Positions 16,235-25,092 of a DNA stretch of 29,420 nucleotides are shown in pieces. Position 1 is the stretch's first letter. Each line of letters begins with the position of its first letter. This stretch comes from an uncultured archaeon (GTDB taxonomy: Archaea; Asgardarchaeota; Thorarchaeia; Thorarchaeales; Thorarchaeaceae), in assembly GCA_964631415.1 (NCBI GenBank), contig CAZVZC010000026.1:1-29420 (forward strand). Direction: 5' to 3'. The notes beneath the pieces were generated by a model, which was not told where the DNA came from, did not search any database, and saw only the letters and a program-made list of their open reading frames with translations. The translations under genes were made by a program, and so were the position numbers.

Positions 16235-17350
16235 ATGGATGCGGAAGACCTACTCAGGCTGAAAGTTCGCCTCCTAACTGAAGGTGTTACCCTCCCTGAG
16301 GGTCAGTCAACCGGCAGAAGAGGCGGCGCTGGGCCGGTTGGTAGTAGGTATTTCGTGCTGCCAAATGGTCGTCCGTGTGGGATTCCCGTGCGTCAGGGTC
16401 GTTTGGCAGAGAGGTTCGGGTCGAAGCCCCTCGTCCCAACTAGAAACCCCTCGATCTGGTTTCATGATGGAACGACTCGTCTGAAAGCAGTACCGCGACC
16501 CAAGTTCTACGACCTGTCTACAACCGATGGCATCTCATATCAGAAGCTGGCTCTGCTTCATGGGAAGGACACTCTGGCAACGACAGTCTATCAGTCTTGC
16601 AGATATTGGAACAAGGGTGAACAGTGCAAGTTCTGCACGATACCGCTCTCTCACTCTGCTGGTGACACAGTGCTTGAAAAGACGCCCGATCAGATTGCCG
16701 AGGTAGTTGATGCAGCAGAGAGAGAAGGTGTGATCACAAGTGTGCTACTCACAACCGGGACTCCTTCAGGACCTGACATGGGTTGTGAGCGCCTCATTGG
16801 AATCGTGAAACGCATACGCGAGTTGAGCACGATTCCTGTCGGCGTGCAGTTCGAGCCCTCTGTCGATGAAACCTTGATTCTGAAACTTGCCGATGCTGGA
16901 GCCAACGCAGTGGGCATCCACATAGAATCCGCCGATGAGTCGATTAGGGAAAAGATGTGCCCTGGGAAGTTCAAGCAAGGGTCTCTTGAGCTGTATCGTA
17001 AGAGCTGGGAGTGTGCACTCAGTCACTTCGCGAGGGGCAATGTGAGCACTTTCATACTGCATGGACTGGGTGAAGATATCGAAACAACACTCAGACTGAT
17101 CCGGGAAACCTCAGAGATGGGTATCATGCCGGTAGTGACTCCCGTGCGGCCTGCGCCGGGGAGTCAGCTCGTAGACTTCACTCCTCATTACGTCGGGAAT
17201 CTTGAGGAAACGATGGAGTTCTACATGAGAGTGGGTGAGATTCTACACAGCTACCACCTCAACCCCAAGAAGACTGCGGCTGGTTGCCACAGATGTGGTG
17301 GCTGCACGCCTATTCAGGAAGCATTCGACTGGGCCCGGATGAAACACTAG
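16235..17350 (+). CDS. Radical SAM protein, MSMEG_0568/LipS1-like (biotin-synthase-related) group
   Basis: GRRGGAGP, ALLHG.D.LATTV.Q.C, CRYWNKGEQCKFC (Cx8Cx2C), LLTTGT, GIHIES, C-terminal AGCHRCGGC. Confidence 0.85.
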   Translation: MDAEDLLRLKVRLLTEGVTLPEGQSTGRRGGAGPVGSRYFVLPNGRPCGIPVRQGRLAERFGSKPLVPTRNPSIWFHDGTTRLKAVPRPKFYDLSTTDGISYQKLALLHGKDTLATTVYQSCRYWNKGEQCKFCTIPLSHSAGDTVLEKTPDQIAEVVDAAEREGVITSVLLTTGTPSGPDMGCERLIGIVKRIRELSTIPVGVQFEPSVDETLILKLADAGANAVGIHIESADESIREKMCPGKFKQGSLELYRKSWECALSHFARGNVSTFILHGLGEDIETTLRLIRETSEMGIMPVVTPVRPAPGSQLVDFTPHYVGNLEETMEFYMRVGEILHSYHLNPKKTAAGCHRCGGCTPIQEAFDWARMKH

Positions 17351-17465
17351 TATTCCTCTGGATGCCAGTCGGTGTTCCTATTACAGGATTCCGCCGTGTT
17401 CCGGAATCGGAATCACGCAGGCAGAGATTTATGAACGTTCCTTCACCTGCTATAGGAGAGTCCTT

Positions 17466-17984
17466 ATGGCGTACATACCGGCGGAGCAGATCCGGATAGT
17501 AGAGTTCGGAGAGGATGACGCAAGAGAGATCTCCAGACTCTTCAAGAAGGTGTGGCCGCTTGCTACAGAGTACCCGGAGTCATGGAGGAAAAAGAGGTCA
17601 TACTCCGCAAAGCAGATAGTTGAAGAGATGCGGGCCGGCTACCATTACTTCGGGAGTAGACTCGGGGGCAGAATCGTAGGGGTCTACAAGGCCAAGACCT
17701 CGGAGAAGGGCTTCTTCGGAGAACACCAGACAGTGAGTCCTTCGTGCAGGGCGAGTGGGCTCGCTTCAGCCATGTACATCCACTTCATTGAGTATGCACG
17801 TAGTCATGGTTGCTCCAGAAACTACTGCAACATTCTTGTGGGTCAAGACGTGGGCAAGCGTCTCATGGACAAATTCGGATTTCGCCCTTGGGGTGATCCA
17901 TACGAGCAAGAGCCCGGGATGTTCGTTCAGATGTATGAACGTCCTGTGACGCAAGAACCTGAAGAGAATCCAAGGCGTTCGTAA
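17466..17984 (+). CDS. GNAT-family N-acetyltransferase
   Basis: VSPSCRASGLAS (V.P..R..G.A acetyl-CoA motif), KFGF; AGGAG RBS and TTTATG box at 17428-17433. Confidence 0.85.
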   Translation: MAYIPAEQIRIVEFGEDDAREISRLFKKVWPLATEYPESWRKKRSYSAKQIVEEMRAGYHYFGSRLGGRIVGVYKAKTSEKGFFGEHQTVSPSCRASGLASAMYIHFIEYARSHGCSRNYCNILVGQDVGKRLMDKFGFRPWGDPYEQEPGMFVQMYERPVTQEPEENPRRS

Positions 17985-18060
17985 GCAGGTTGTGTCTTCA
18001 GAAAGACTATAATACAGTCCAACTCGCCACAATGCCCAGAACCCTGACGAAGGCCGGCCA

Positions 18061-19728
18061 ATGCAGATCTATCCGATAATCGTTGATGGCAAGGAAGTGG
18101 ACACTGGGAAACACACGACGTTTCCCGACATGGACAAGGTCGTCGTCGATCCGGGCATCGCAATAGCTCTCCAGATGAGAGAGGCATCATCGATGCAGCG
18201 ATTGGTCTTCTCCAGACTGCCGATCCTTATACCGCACAGTACTCCGGAGATGAAATACCTGAGAGACTACCGGAGGGCTCACGGCGTTCCTGCGTATTCG
18301 AAAGATGAGCTTGATGATGCCACTTATGCAAAGGTCGCCCTCTCTCGTGAGTCAGACATCGAGAGGGCAATTGCAGCCGGAGTGCGAGACAAGACAAGTC
18401 TCTACAATCCCTTCAAGCTGTTGGGCACCGGTGTCACGTTGGATGAACGCGTGGAGGCACTCTATCAGGCAGGCCTCGCCGTAAAGAAGCGGTTCCAAGA
18501 AGTGCGCGACGTTTCGGTCAAAGAGGGAGTTCCCATAAAGACCTTCGAATGGACTTGGACGATGTTCACAGAGTACCTCGAACGAGAAACCTTCGAGCTC
18601 TGGGGCCGGGACTTGGACTTGAAGGAAGCCCCTGGCAAAGATGGAGGAAAGAACTTTCAGTTTCGCGAACCCTACGGTGTCACATGTCTGTTCACTCCCT
18701 ACAACTCCCCACTTGCTTTGGGGATTCTCAGCATAACCTCATCGATACTTGCTGGAAACGCGACGATACTGAAACCACCAAGCAAGGTCCCTTTGAGCAC
18801 GATCCTCTTGGGCCAAGCATTCTTGCAGACTTTCCAAGAGATGGGGCTACCTTCTGCCATGATTCAGGTTCTCACGGGCGGAGGAAAGAGTCTCATGGAT
18901 AGACTCACTTCTGACCGTAGGGTCGGTGCCATCGTTTGGTACGGTGATAGTGACACGGGTTTGGAGCTATGGTCTCAGGCCATAAAAAGAAGAATCCAAA
19001 TGGCACCAGAGTTGGCTGGAAGCGATGCCTGTCTCGTCTGGGGTCGCGATGTCGATCTTGAGTTCGCTGCCAAGATGATTGTGAAGGGTAGATTCCTCGG
19101 AAGCGGCCAAGCCTGCATGGCTGTCAAACGCCTGCTTGTGCAAGACACTCTGCACGATGATTTAGTTCGCCTTGTCGTCGAAGAGGCTGAGAAGCTGCAC
19201 CTTGGCCGCCCTTCGGATCCCAATGTCAGTCTTCCACCACTGGGACTCACAGCCATGTACCTGTTACTGGATCAGATTGAAGATGCTAAGGCAAAGGGTG
19301 CGAAGGTGCTGACTGGCGGATACAGATGCAACTACCTATCGGAAGCGGATCCTGCAGGTCTCTTCTACAAGCCCACGGTATTGACCAACGTGAAGGAGGC
19401 TATGAGAATCATGCAGGAAGAGGTCTTTGCACCTGCTCTGCCGGTGTTGTCAGTCCAAAGCGTTGATGAAGCACTTCGAGTAGCTAATGCCTCACGGTTT
19501 GGACTGCGCTCCTCGGTGTTCGCTGATGATCAGTCGGTGAGCTTGAGATGGGCAAAGGAGATCGAGGCCGCAGGTGTGGCCGTTGGTCAGGATCATCTAT
19601 ACTTCGACCCCCATATGCCCCATCTCGGTGGTTACAAGGACTCAGGAATAATCGGAGCCAAATACTTCCCCGTGATGCTCACGCGCATGAAGTATGTGCA
19701 TACAGGACCGACCGCCGAGTTCTTGTGA
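18061..19728 (+). CDS. Aldehyde dehydrogenase family protein (divergent, with N-terminal insertion)
   Basis: REPYGV, PYNSP, AGNATILKP, ELAG, GQAC (catalytic Cys), EEVFAP, GGYKDSG. Confidence 0.93.
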   Translation: MQIYPIIVDGKEVDTGKHTTFPDMDKVVVDPGIAIALQMREASSMQRLVFSRLPILIPHSTPEMKYLRDYRRAHGVPAYSKDELDDATYAKVALSRESDIERAIAAGVRDKTSLYNPFKLLGTGVTLDERVEALYQAGLAVKKRFQEVRDVSVKEGVPIKTFEWTWTMFTEYLERETFELWGRDLDLKEAPGKDGGKNFQFREPYGVTCLFTPYNSPLALGILSITSSILAGNATILKPPSKVPLSTILLGQAFLQTFQEMGLPSAMIQVLTGGGKSLMDRLTSDRRVGAIVWYGDSDTGLELWSQAIKRRIQMAPELAGSDACLVWGRDVDLEFAAKMIVKGRFLGSGQACMAVKRLLVQDTLHDDLVRLVVEEAEKLHLGRPSDPNVSLPPLGLTAMYLLLDQIEDAKAKGAKVLTGGYRCNYLSEADPAGLFYKPTVLTNVKEAMRIMQEEVFAPALPVLSVQSVDEALRVANASRFGLRSSVFADDQSVSLRWAKEIEAAGVAVGQDHLYFDPHMPHLGGYKDSGIIGAKYFPVMLTRMKYVHTGPTAEFL

Positions 19729-19766
19729 AAGTGAGTATGTACTGAACGATAGGACTGGGAAAGACT

Positions 19767-21083
19767 GTGCCTGAGCATAAGGCCCGACTTGAGGCTTTGA
19801 GAGTGCTGGAGCTGTACGATCAGAGTCCATATTCTGTGAGGGCCATCCTACGCGAAGCCGACACCCAGTCGTGGATGCCGTCTGATGTCAAGCCCATGGT
19901 GCATTCACTGACGCTGGGAGTGATTAGGTTCCTGAACACGATAGATTTCTTGCTTGTGAAGGCCTTGGGACACAGGAAGTTGTCGGCACTGAGTCCTCGC
20001 GAGCGAACGCTGCTTCGGCTGGCCCTATACGAGAGTCGCTGGGTGAAGACCCCGCTCGAACTCGTCAAGGAGATCTATCTTGTGCCGGTGCCACAGCTAA
20101 TCTCAGTCTTTGAATCCGCACTGTCTCTGGACCTTCAGAGGTCGATCCGGAACTTGACGGCCGTCGAGCGGTATAGCATAAGACTCTCTCATCCCTCGTT
20201 CTTGGTTCGAACACTTCTTGACAACCTTCCGTCCGATGAGGCTATCTCGCTGATGGAGAAGAACAACACATCGCGCGACTACTTCATCCGAGTCAACAGA
20301 CTCAGGGCAGAAGACGAGGATGCCGTCATTCCACGTGCTGTGACTGGAGTCGACTTGGAACCCGATCATGACTTACCGGGACTCTTTCTTGTAAGGCAGG
20401 GGATTGACGCCGTCGTTCGCTCTGACCGGTTCAAGCGAGGTGAAATACTGATTCAGGACAAGGCGAGTGTGATGACGGTTGTTACTTTGGATCCTCGCCC
20501 CGGTGACACCGTGTGGGACGCCTGTGCCTCTCCCGGTATGAAGACCCAACTCATCTGGGAGATGATGAATCGCACAGGTAGGGTGGTGGCGACAGATGTC
20601 TACACCAGACGTGCTAGAATCGGTCGTCAGAGATCCGAACTGCTAGGCTGCAGCGAGGTGGAGTGGCTACAGGCTGACGCTTCTCGGTCTCCGGTATTGA
20701 ATGCGAACAAGATACTCATCGACGCGCCATGTACCTCCACTGGAGTCCTCCGCAGCCACCCGTCGTTCAAGTGGCGGCTCAACAAGAGCACATTGCTTGA
20801 CATAATGTCTATACAGAACAAGATCCTTGATGGGGTACTAACGGCCTATTCCGAAAAGCCCGGCACAGAGGTAGTGTATGCCACGTGTTCCTTACTCCCA
20901 CATGAAGGGGAGTCGCAAATCGATTCTGCTATGACTAGGCATAGATTTGAGCTTGTGCGACCGCCTATCCCGAATTCCCCTGGATATCCCAACTTCAGGT
21001 GTTCACAGAGAGTGTGTAGACTATTTCCTCACCGGCATTCGACGAACGGTTTCTTCATAGCCCACTTGCGAATCACTCGGTGA
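19767..21083 (+). CDS. rsmB: RsmB/NOL1/NOP2-family RNA m5C methyltransferase with NusB-like N-terminus
   Basis: IRVN, IQDKAS, DACASPGMKT, ILIDAPCTSTG, VYATCS, FPH...NGFFIA. Confidence 0.9.
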   Translation: MPEHKARLEALRVLELYDQSPYSVRAILREADTQSWMPSDVKPMVHSLTLGVIRFLNTIDFLLVKALGHRKLSALSPRERTLLRLALYESRWVKTPLELVKEIYLVPVPQLISVFESALSLDLQRSIRNLTAVERYSIRLSHPSFLVRTLLDNLPSDEAISLMEKNNTSRDYFIRVNRLRAEDEDAVIPRAVTGVDLEPDHDLPGLFLVRQGIDAVVRSDRFKRGEILIQDKASVMTVVTLDPRPGDTVWDACASPGMKTQLIWEMMNRTGRVVATDVYTRRARIGRQRSELLGCSEVEWLQADASRSPVLNANKILIDAPCTSTGVLRSHPSFKWRLNKSTLLDIMSIQNKILDGVLTAYSEKPGTEVVYATCSLLPHEGESQIDSAMTRHRFELVRPPIPNSPGYPNFRCSQRVCRLFPHRHSTNGFFIAHLRITR

Positions 21084-22008
21084 TACGACGATAGACAGAG
21101 TCCATGACTCGTCTGGCAAACTCCCTGTCATCCTTGAAGCCCCAAGGTATGCTGAGGAATTTCGTCTTCGCCTCTTCTATGGACGAGATGTTTCTGCTCA
21201 CGTATCCCTTGAACACGAGCTTGGTCCATATGAAACACGGGTTGTCATTGAACTTGTCCCTTTCTCCCGAATCGGCAGCGACCTTAGCCAAGTAGGACAT
21301 GCCCTCCATTGGCTTGCCTAGCATTAGGTCTGCCATGGCCGCCATGCATGCAAAGATCACAGCGTTCTTGAGCATACCAGACTTGAGGTAGGTCTCAGCG
21401 CTGTCTCTGTACTCCTGAGCCTTCTTAGCATATAGCTGTCGCCCGTCAACGACGATGACGTCCTTACTCTCTTCTTTGTCAGCCTTTCTCAGGCTGATTC
21501 CACTTAGAAGGCTGGCCTTCAGTTCGGCCTGCATATCTGTGACCGGAGCGTTTTCGGTCTTCTTTCGGGCAGACTCAATGAGACCTTGCCCGGCTCTCAC
21601 AAGCATCTGTTTTGTCGCAGGATTCCTCAAGGAAGAGTCTGTACGGTTCAATCCCTCTTCGAATACTGACCTTGCATACCGAAAGAACTCATATCCTCTG
21701 TCGGTGAGGCCGAGCCCTGATGCGAAACTGATACCCTTTACGTATGCCATGATTGCATTGTCGAGTTCCTGCAGATTTTCGAACTGGGTCGCAGAGTCTA
21801 TCAGCCAAGGAAAAGCGTCGGTACTGCCCAAGTCGATGGCCTCTTGCCCTTTGGACAGAGACTTGTACGCATCAACGCATATCGGCGCCATGTCCACGAT
21901 GGAACACTTTGTCATGACCTCAGGCTTAGCAAGAATCTGGTTACGAAGTCTGCATGAGTGACCTGATGTCGATGCCTGCAACCAGTCACATTTTCCGCCA
22001 GCGGCCAA
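21073..22008 (-). CDS. Hypothetical alpha-helical (TPR/SNAP-like) protein with Cys-rich N-terminus and an internal WH2-like motif
   Basis: 311-aa ORF, TTG start after AAGGAG; Ala/Tyr-rich helical repeats; QAELKASLLSGISLRKA. Confidence 0.8.
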   Translation of the reverse strand: MAAGGKCDWLQASTSGHSCRLRNQILAKPEVMTKCSIVDMAPICVDAYKSLSKGQEAIDLGSTDAFPWLIDSATQFENLQELDNAIMAYVKGISFASGLGLTDRGYEFFRYARSVFEEGLNRTDSSLRNPATKQMLVRAGQGLIESARKKTENAPVTDMQAELKASLLSGISLRKADKEESKDVIVVDGRQLYAKKAQEYRDSAETYLKSGMLKNAVIFACMAAMADLMLGKPMEGMSYLAKVAADSGERDKFNDNPCFIWTKLVFKGYVSRNISSIEEAKTKFLSIPWGFKDDREFARRVMDSVYRRITE

Positions 22009-22140
22009 CTGCTAGTTCTCCTTTGTCAGGGGTTACGCCCAATCCCCATATCTGTTGTGTTTCGAGTCCTAAAAAGGAAACGCCAGTCGCAGCGACACCC
22101 TTTTGAGTGTTCCCTCGCCGAACCCGACGAGGACTCCACG

Positions 22141-22545
22141 TTGAGCGACGACGATTCCGAGCTCGCAATCATACGCCGAAAGAAGATGGCAGAGCTCGCG
22201 GCACGTGAGAAGAAGATTCAGGCGACCAGAGAACACGACCGGAAAGTGGAGGTCGAGAGAGGTAAGATGCTCAAGAGGGTTCTCGATGCCGATGCAGATG
22301 CCTATCTTCAGGGTCTCAGGAAGAGAGAGCCGGCCGTGGGCGCGAAGGTCGAGGAGATCATACTCTACTTGATAGTCTATCGAGGTCTTCGTGAAACTGT
22401 CACTCAGCTGGACATAGTCTACATTGAGCGTCAGGTGAAGGGCGAGGAACCCAAGATCCGTGTTCAGCGTGACGGCGAAACATCCGATTTCGGCGAATAC
22501 GTGAGAGACGCCATGAAGAAATCAGAACGGAAAGAAGATGGTTAG
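22141..22545 (+). CDS. PDCD5/TFAR19-like double-stranded DNA-binding domain protein (divergent)
   Basis: DSELAIIRRKKMAEL, R..ML..VL...A...L, P.....VE..I..L, KIRVQR; TTG 22141 after GAGGA. Confidence 0.75.
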   Translation: MSDDDSELAIIRRKKMAELAAREKKIQATREHDRKVEVERGKMLKRVLDADADAYLQGLRKREPAVGAKVEEIILYLIVYRGLRETVTQLDIVYIERQVKGEEPKIRVQRDGETSDFGEYVRDAMKKSERKEDG

Positions 22546-22673
22546 CCGAATGAATTCGGTCGCGCTCTCCACTCCTTGATCCTGTATTGCAGTTCCTGTG
22601 TCTTGCCTTCCTGCTTTCTCCAAGTACTGGCAGTCCGCCGCATTTCAAGTACGACTGCTCCACCTCTGGCCAT
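22542..22673 (-). CDS. Possible 43-aa basic small protein
   Basis: MARGGAVVLEMRRTASTWRKQEGKTQELQYRIKEWRARPNSFG; GGAG 6 nt before ATG and a GATATA box about 35 nt upstream; fills an otherwise empty gap. Confidence 0.35.
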   Translation of the reverse strand: MARGGAVVLEMRRTASTWRKQEGKTQELQYRIKEWRARPNSFG

Positions 22674-22766
22674 TCTCTGCTCCAATATCCCAACCGCCGC
22701 GACATGGTATATCTTGAATAGTAAGCAAATCCACTTCACATCGGCATGCTTCATGAGGATGCTGAA

Positions 22767-23519
22767 ATGCAGCTGTTCGATGCCCATACTCACATTGACA
22801 TGCCCCAGTTTGACGCAGACCTTCCCCAGGTCATTGAGCGGGCAAGGGCCAGCGGACTTCTTGGAATGGTGAGCTCATCCACGGGTCCAGACTCGCTGCG
22901 AAAGACCCTACGAATTGCGAAGGACTACAGAGAGTACATCCATCATTCGGCAGGTTGCATGGTCTCGAGGATCACAAGACCGGACGTAGAATCTCTGGTT
23001 GCATTGACCAGCGCTCATAGGAGTGAGGTTGTTGCTGTAGGTGAGGTGGGGCTGGACTACTACTGGGTTCAGTCGCCTCATGAGAGAGAGGAGCAAGCAC
23101 AGCTGTTCAAGGCCTTCATACAGCTGTCCTCAGAGCTCGACTTGCCACTCGTGGTCCACTCACGCAAGGCAGAGGCGGAGGCTGCGGCTATTCTAGAGCA
23201 CGAATGCTCAGTTTCCGTCTTGATGCACTGCTTTGATGGTCCAATTTCCGTGGCCGAGCGAGTCCGGGACAATGGTTGGTCCATATCATTGCCTGTGACT
23301 TTCCGAGCTTATCGCAACCGGGTCAGAGCAGCTCAGACTATGCCCTTGAACCAAATCATGCTGGAGACTGACGCCCCCTTCCTATCCCCAAGCCGCAAGC
23401 GAAATGAGCCGGCCAATCTGGTCTTGGGCTGCAGAGCTTTGGCTGACCTATTGGGGCTGCCGGCCTCGGATGTGGCGGCGGCAACGGTCCGGAACGCGAA
23501 ACAGTTCTATAGAGTCTGA
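22767..23519 (+). CDS. tatD: TatD-family deoxyribonuclease
   Basis: DAHTH, GEVGLDY, VHSR, MHCF, ETDAP, RNEP; ATG 22767 after GAGGA. Confidence 0.93.
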   Translation: MQLFDAHTHIDMPQFDADLPQVIERARASGLLGMVSSSTGPDSLRKTLRIAKDYREYIHHSAGCMVSRITRPDVESLVALTSAHRSEVVAVGEVGLDYYWVQSPHEREEQAQLFKAFIQLSSELDLPLVVHSRKAEAEAAAILEHECSVSVLMHCFDGPISVAERVRDNGWSISLPVTFRAYRNRVRAAQTMPLNQIMLETDAPFLSPSRKRNEPANLVLGCRALADLLGLPASDVAAATVRNAKQFYRV

Positions 23520-23583
23520 GCCGTTCGACCAATAGTGCCAAAAGCGCACTTAGCAGAACCAATGGTGCTAGGATGGTGCTGTC

Positions 23584-24378
23584 ATGTATGTCAGACGCTT
23601 TGTGGACGTCGAACCCAGTTCACTGAGGGCGCCTGTGGCTGTCATAGGGCTGCCCGGAATTGCGAATGTGGGCAGGATAGCAGTTGAAACCCTGACGAGA
23701 GTCCTTGATGCGGAGCACATCATTGACTTCTACAGCAACGACTTTCCACCCCGTGTATTCGTCAAAGATGGACTGACTCAGTTCCCAAAATCATCTATCC
23801 ACCTATACCGAGCCCCCCCTGACGAACCGCATGATATGTTGATCCTGAGTGCAGACTTTCAGCCCTCATCTAGTGCTGGAGTGTTCGAGTATGCAGACTT
23901 CTTCGTTCAAGAGCTTGTAAACATGAACGTGAAGGAGCTCTATGCCTTGGCGGCCTATGAACAGGGTTACGAGGAGTTCTTCAACTCGTACCCGGCCCCA
24001 CCTCGGGCATACATCTCGGCGAGTTCTGAGGAAATGCTCGAACGCATCTCTGCTGTCGAGGGCACAGTCACCACGAGGGAGGGGGTGATCAATGGGGCAA
24101 ACGGGTTCATCCCGGCGTGGGCTGCCACAATGTACGACATGGAGGGGGCATGTCTTCTTGGCGAAACTCTTGGAATAATCAAGCTGGACTATAGGGCTGC
24201 CAAACGTGTACTCGAGATTCTGGCCAGTCTGATAGGTCTGAGTGCAGAGTTCGAGTCAATCAACGACAACGTGTCTCAGGTGGTCCAGTTCATTGAATGG
24301 GCTCGTAATGAAATATCGCAGAAGGGGTCATACTTCGAGGGTAGCCGCGAGAGCCCTCCTGACAGGTACATAGGCTAG
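23584..24378 (+). CDS. PAC2-family proteasome assembly chaperone
   Basis: GLPGIANVGRIA, FPP.V, D.QP, I.G.NG, GACLLGET, D..AAK, C-terminal YIG. Confidence 0.88.
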   Translation: MYVRRFVDVEPSSLRAPVAVIGLPGIANVGRIAVETLTRVLDAEHIIDFYSNDFPPRVFVKDGLTQFPKSSIHLYRAPPDEPHDMLILSADFQPSSSAGVFEYADFFVQELVNMNVKELYALAAYEQGYEEFFNSYPAPPRAYISASSEEMLERISAVEGTVTTREGVINGANGFIPAWAATMYDMEGACLLGETLGIIKLDYRAAKRVLEILASLIGLSAEFESINDNVSQVVQFIEWARNEISQKGSYFEGSRESPPDRYIG

Positions 24379-24380
24379 CT

Positions 24381-24572
24381 CTATTCCACCACGTCTGGCC
24401 TGAGGATGTCGGTTATCAGTCCTTGACTGTCTAGGTTGATGTAGAAGTAGTGACTCTCGTGCCTGACCTTCACTGTGAGGGGAAATCGTTTTGCGCCTTT
24501 CAGGACATCGGGGGGGACTCTCAACACTGTCTTCTTCCTACACACGGGGCACTTGGCATACCTCTCCAGCAT
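24381..24572 (-). CDS. Small putative Zn-binding protein (CPVC...HxxH), 63 aa
   Basis: CPVC and HESH; its stop lies 2 nt from the PAC2 stop. Confidence 0.75.
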   Translation of the reverse strand: MLERYAKCPVCRKKTVLRVPPDVLKGAKRFPLTVKVRHESHYFYINLDSQGLITDILRPDVVE

Positions 24573-24625
24573 CTCACGTGATCACTCCATGCTAAAGGAA
24601 TCACAGACTGTGGAATCTCATTAAC

Positions 24626-25036
24626 CTATTCAGCACGGACTTTCGAATCCATGCTCAGGACTAGAATAGCATCGTGCGCCTCCGGGTCTGACGACGCGTT
24701 CGTGAAAATGTCGATGATTTCAGAGGCCGGTCGAGTGCTCAGGTCTCTCCTATCCGCTCCAACAATTCGCAAGTTCTGATAGACTCCTGCCTCCGCGAGT
24801 AACATAAGCTCTCCCTGACTGTCCCGAGCCTTGAGGACGAGGAAGTATGCAAAGTCCTTGAACTCCCCCTTGAATCCCCTTAGAGAAGCCTTGACCCGCT
24901 GGACTCTTGCCAGTTCGAGCAGTGGCTTCAGGACATAGGCTCTGATGAGCTTATTGCCCACCAATTGCCGAATGTCAATGAATTCCCTCGACGTGCCGTC
25001 AGCGAACTTGAGATTCCAGGTTCCAGAGCTGCTCAT
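24626..25036 (-). CDS. Hypothetical protein, 136 aa
   Basis: ATG start with a TATA-like CTATAT about 30 nt upstream; co-directional with its neighbours. Confidence 0.7.
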   Translation of the reverse strand: MSSSGTWNLKFADGTSREFIDIRQLVGNKLIRAYVLKPLLELARVQRVKASLRGFKGEFKDFAYFLVLKARDSQGELMLLAEAGVYQNLRIVGADRRDLSTRPASEIIDIFTNASSDPEAHDAILVLSMDSKVRAE

Positions 25037-25092
25037 GGAGGTTCCAGAGGTGCATCTCGCCTATCTCATATAGAGGTTTTCCGGCTGTCTGG

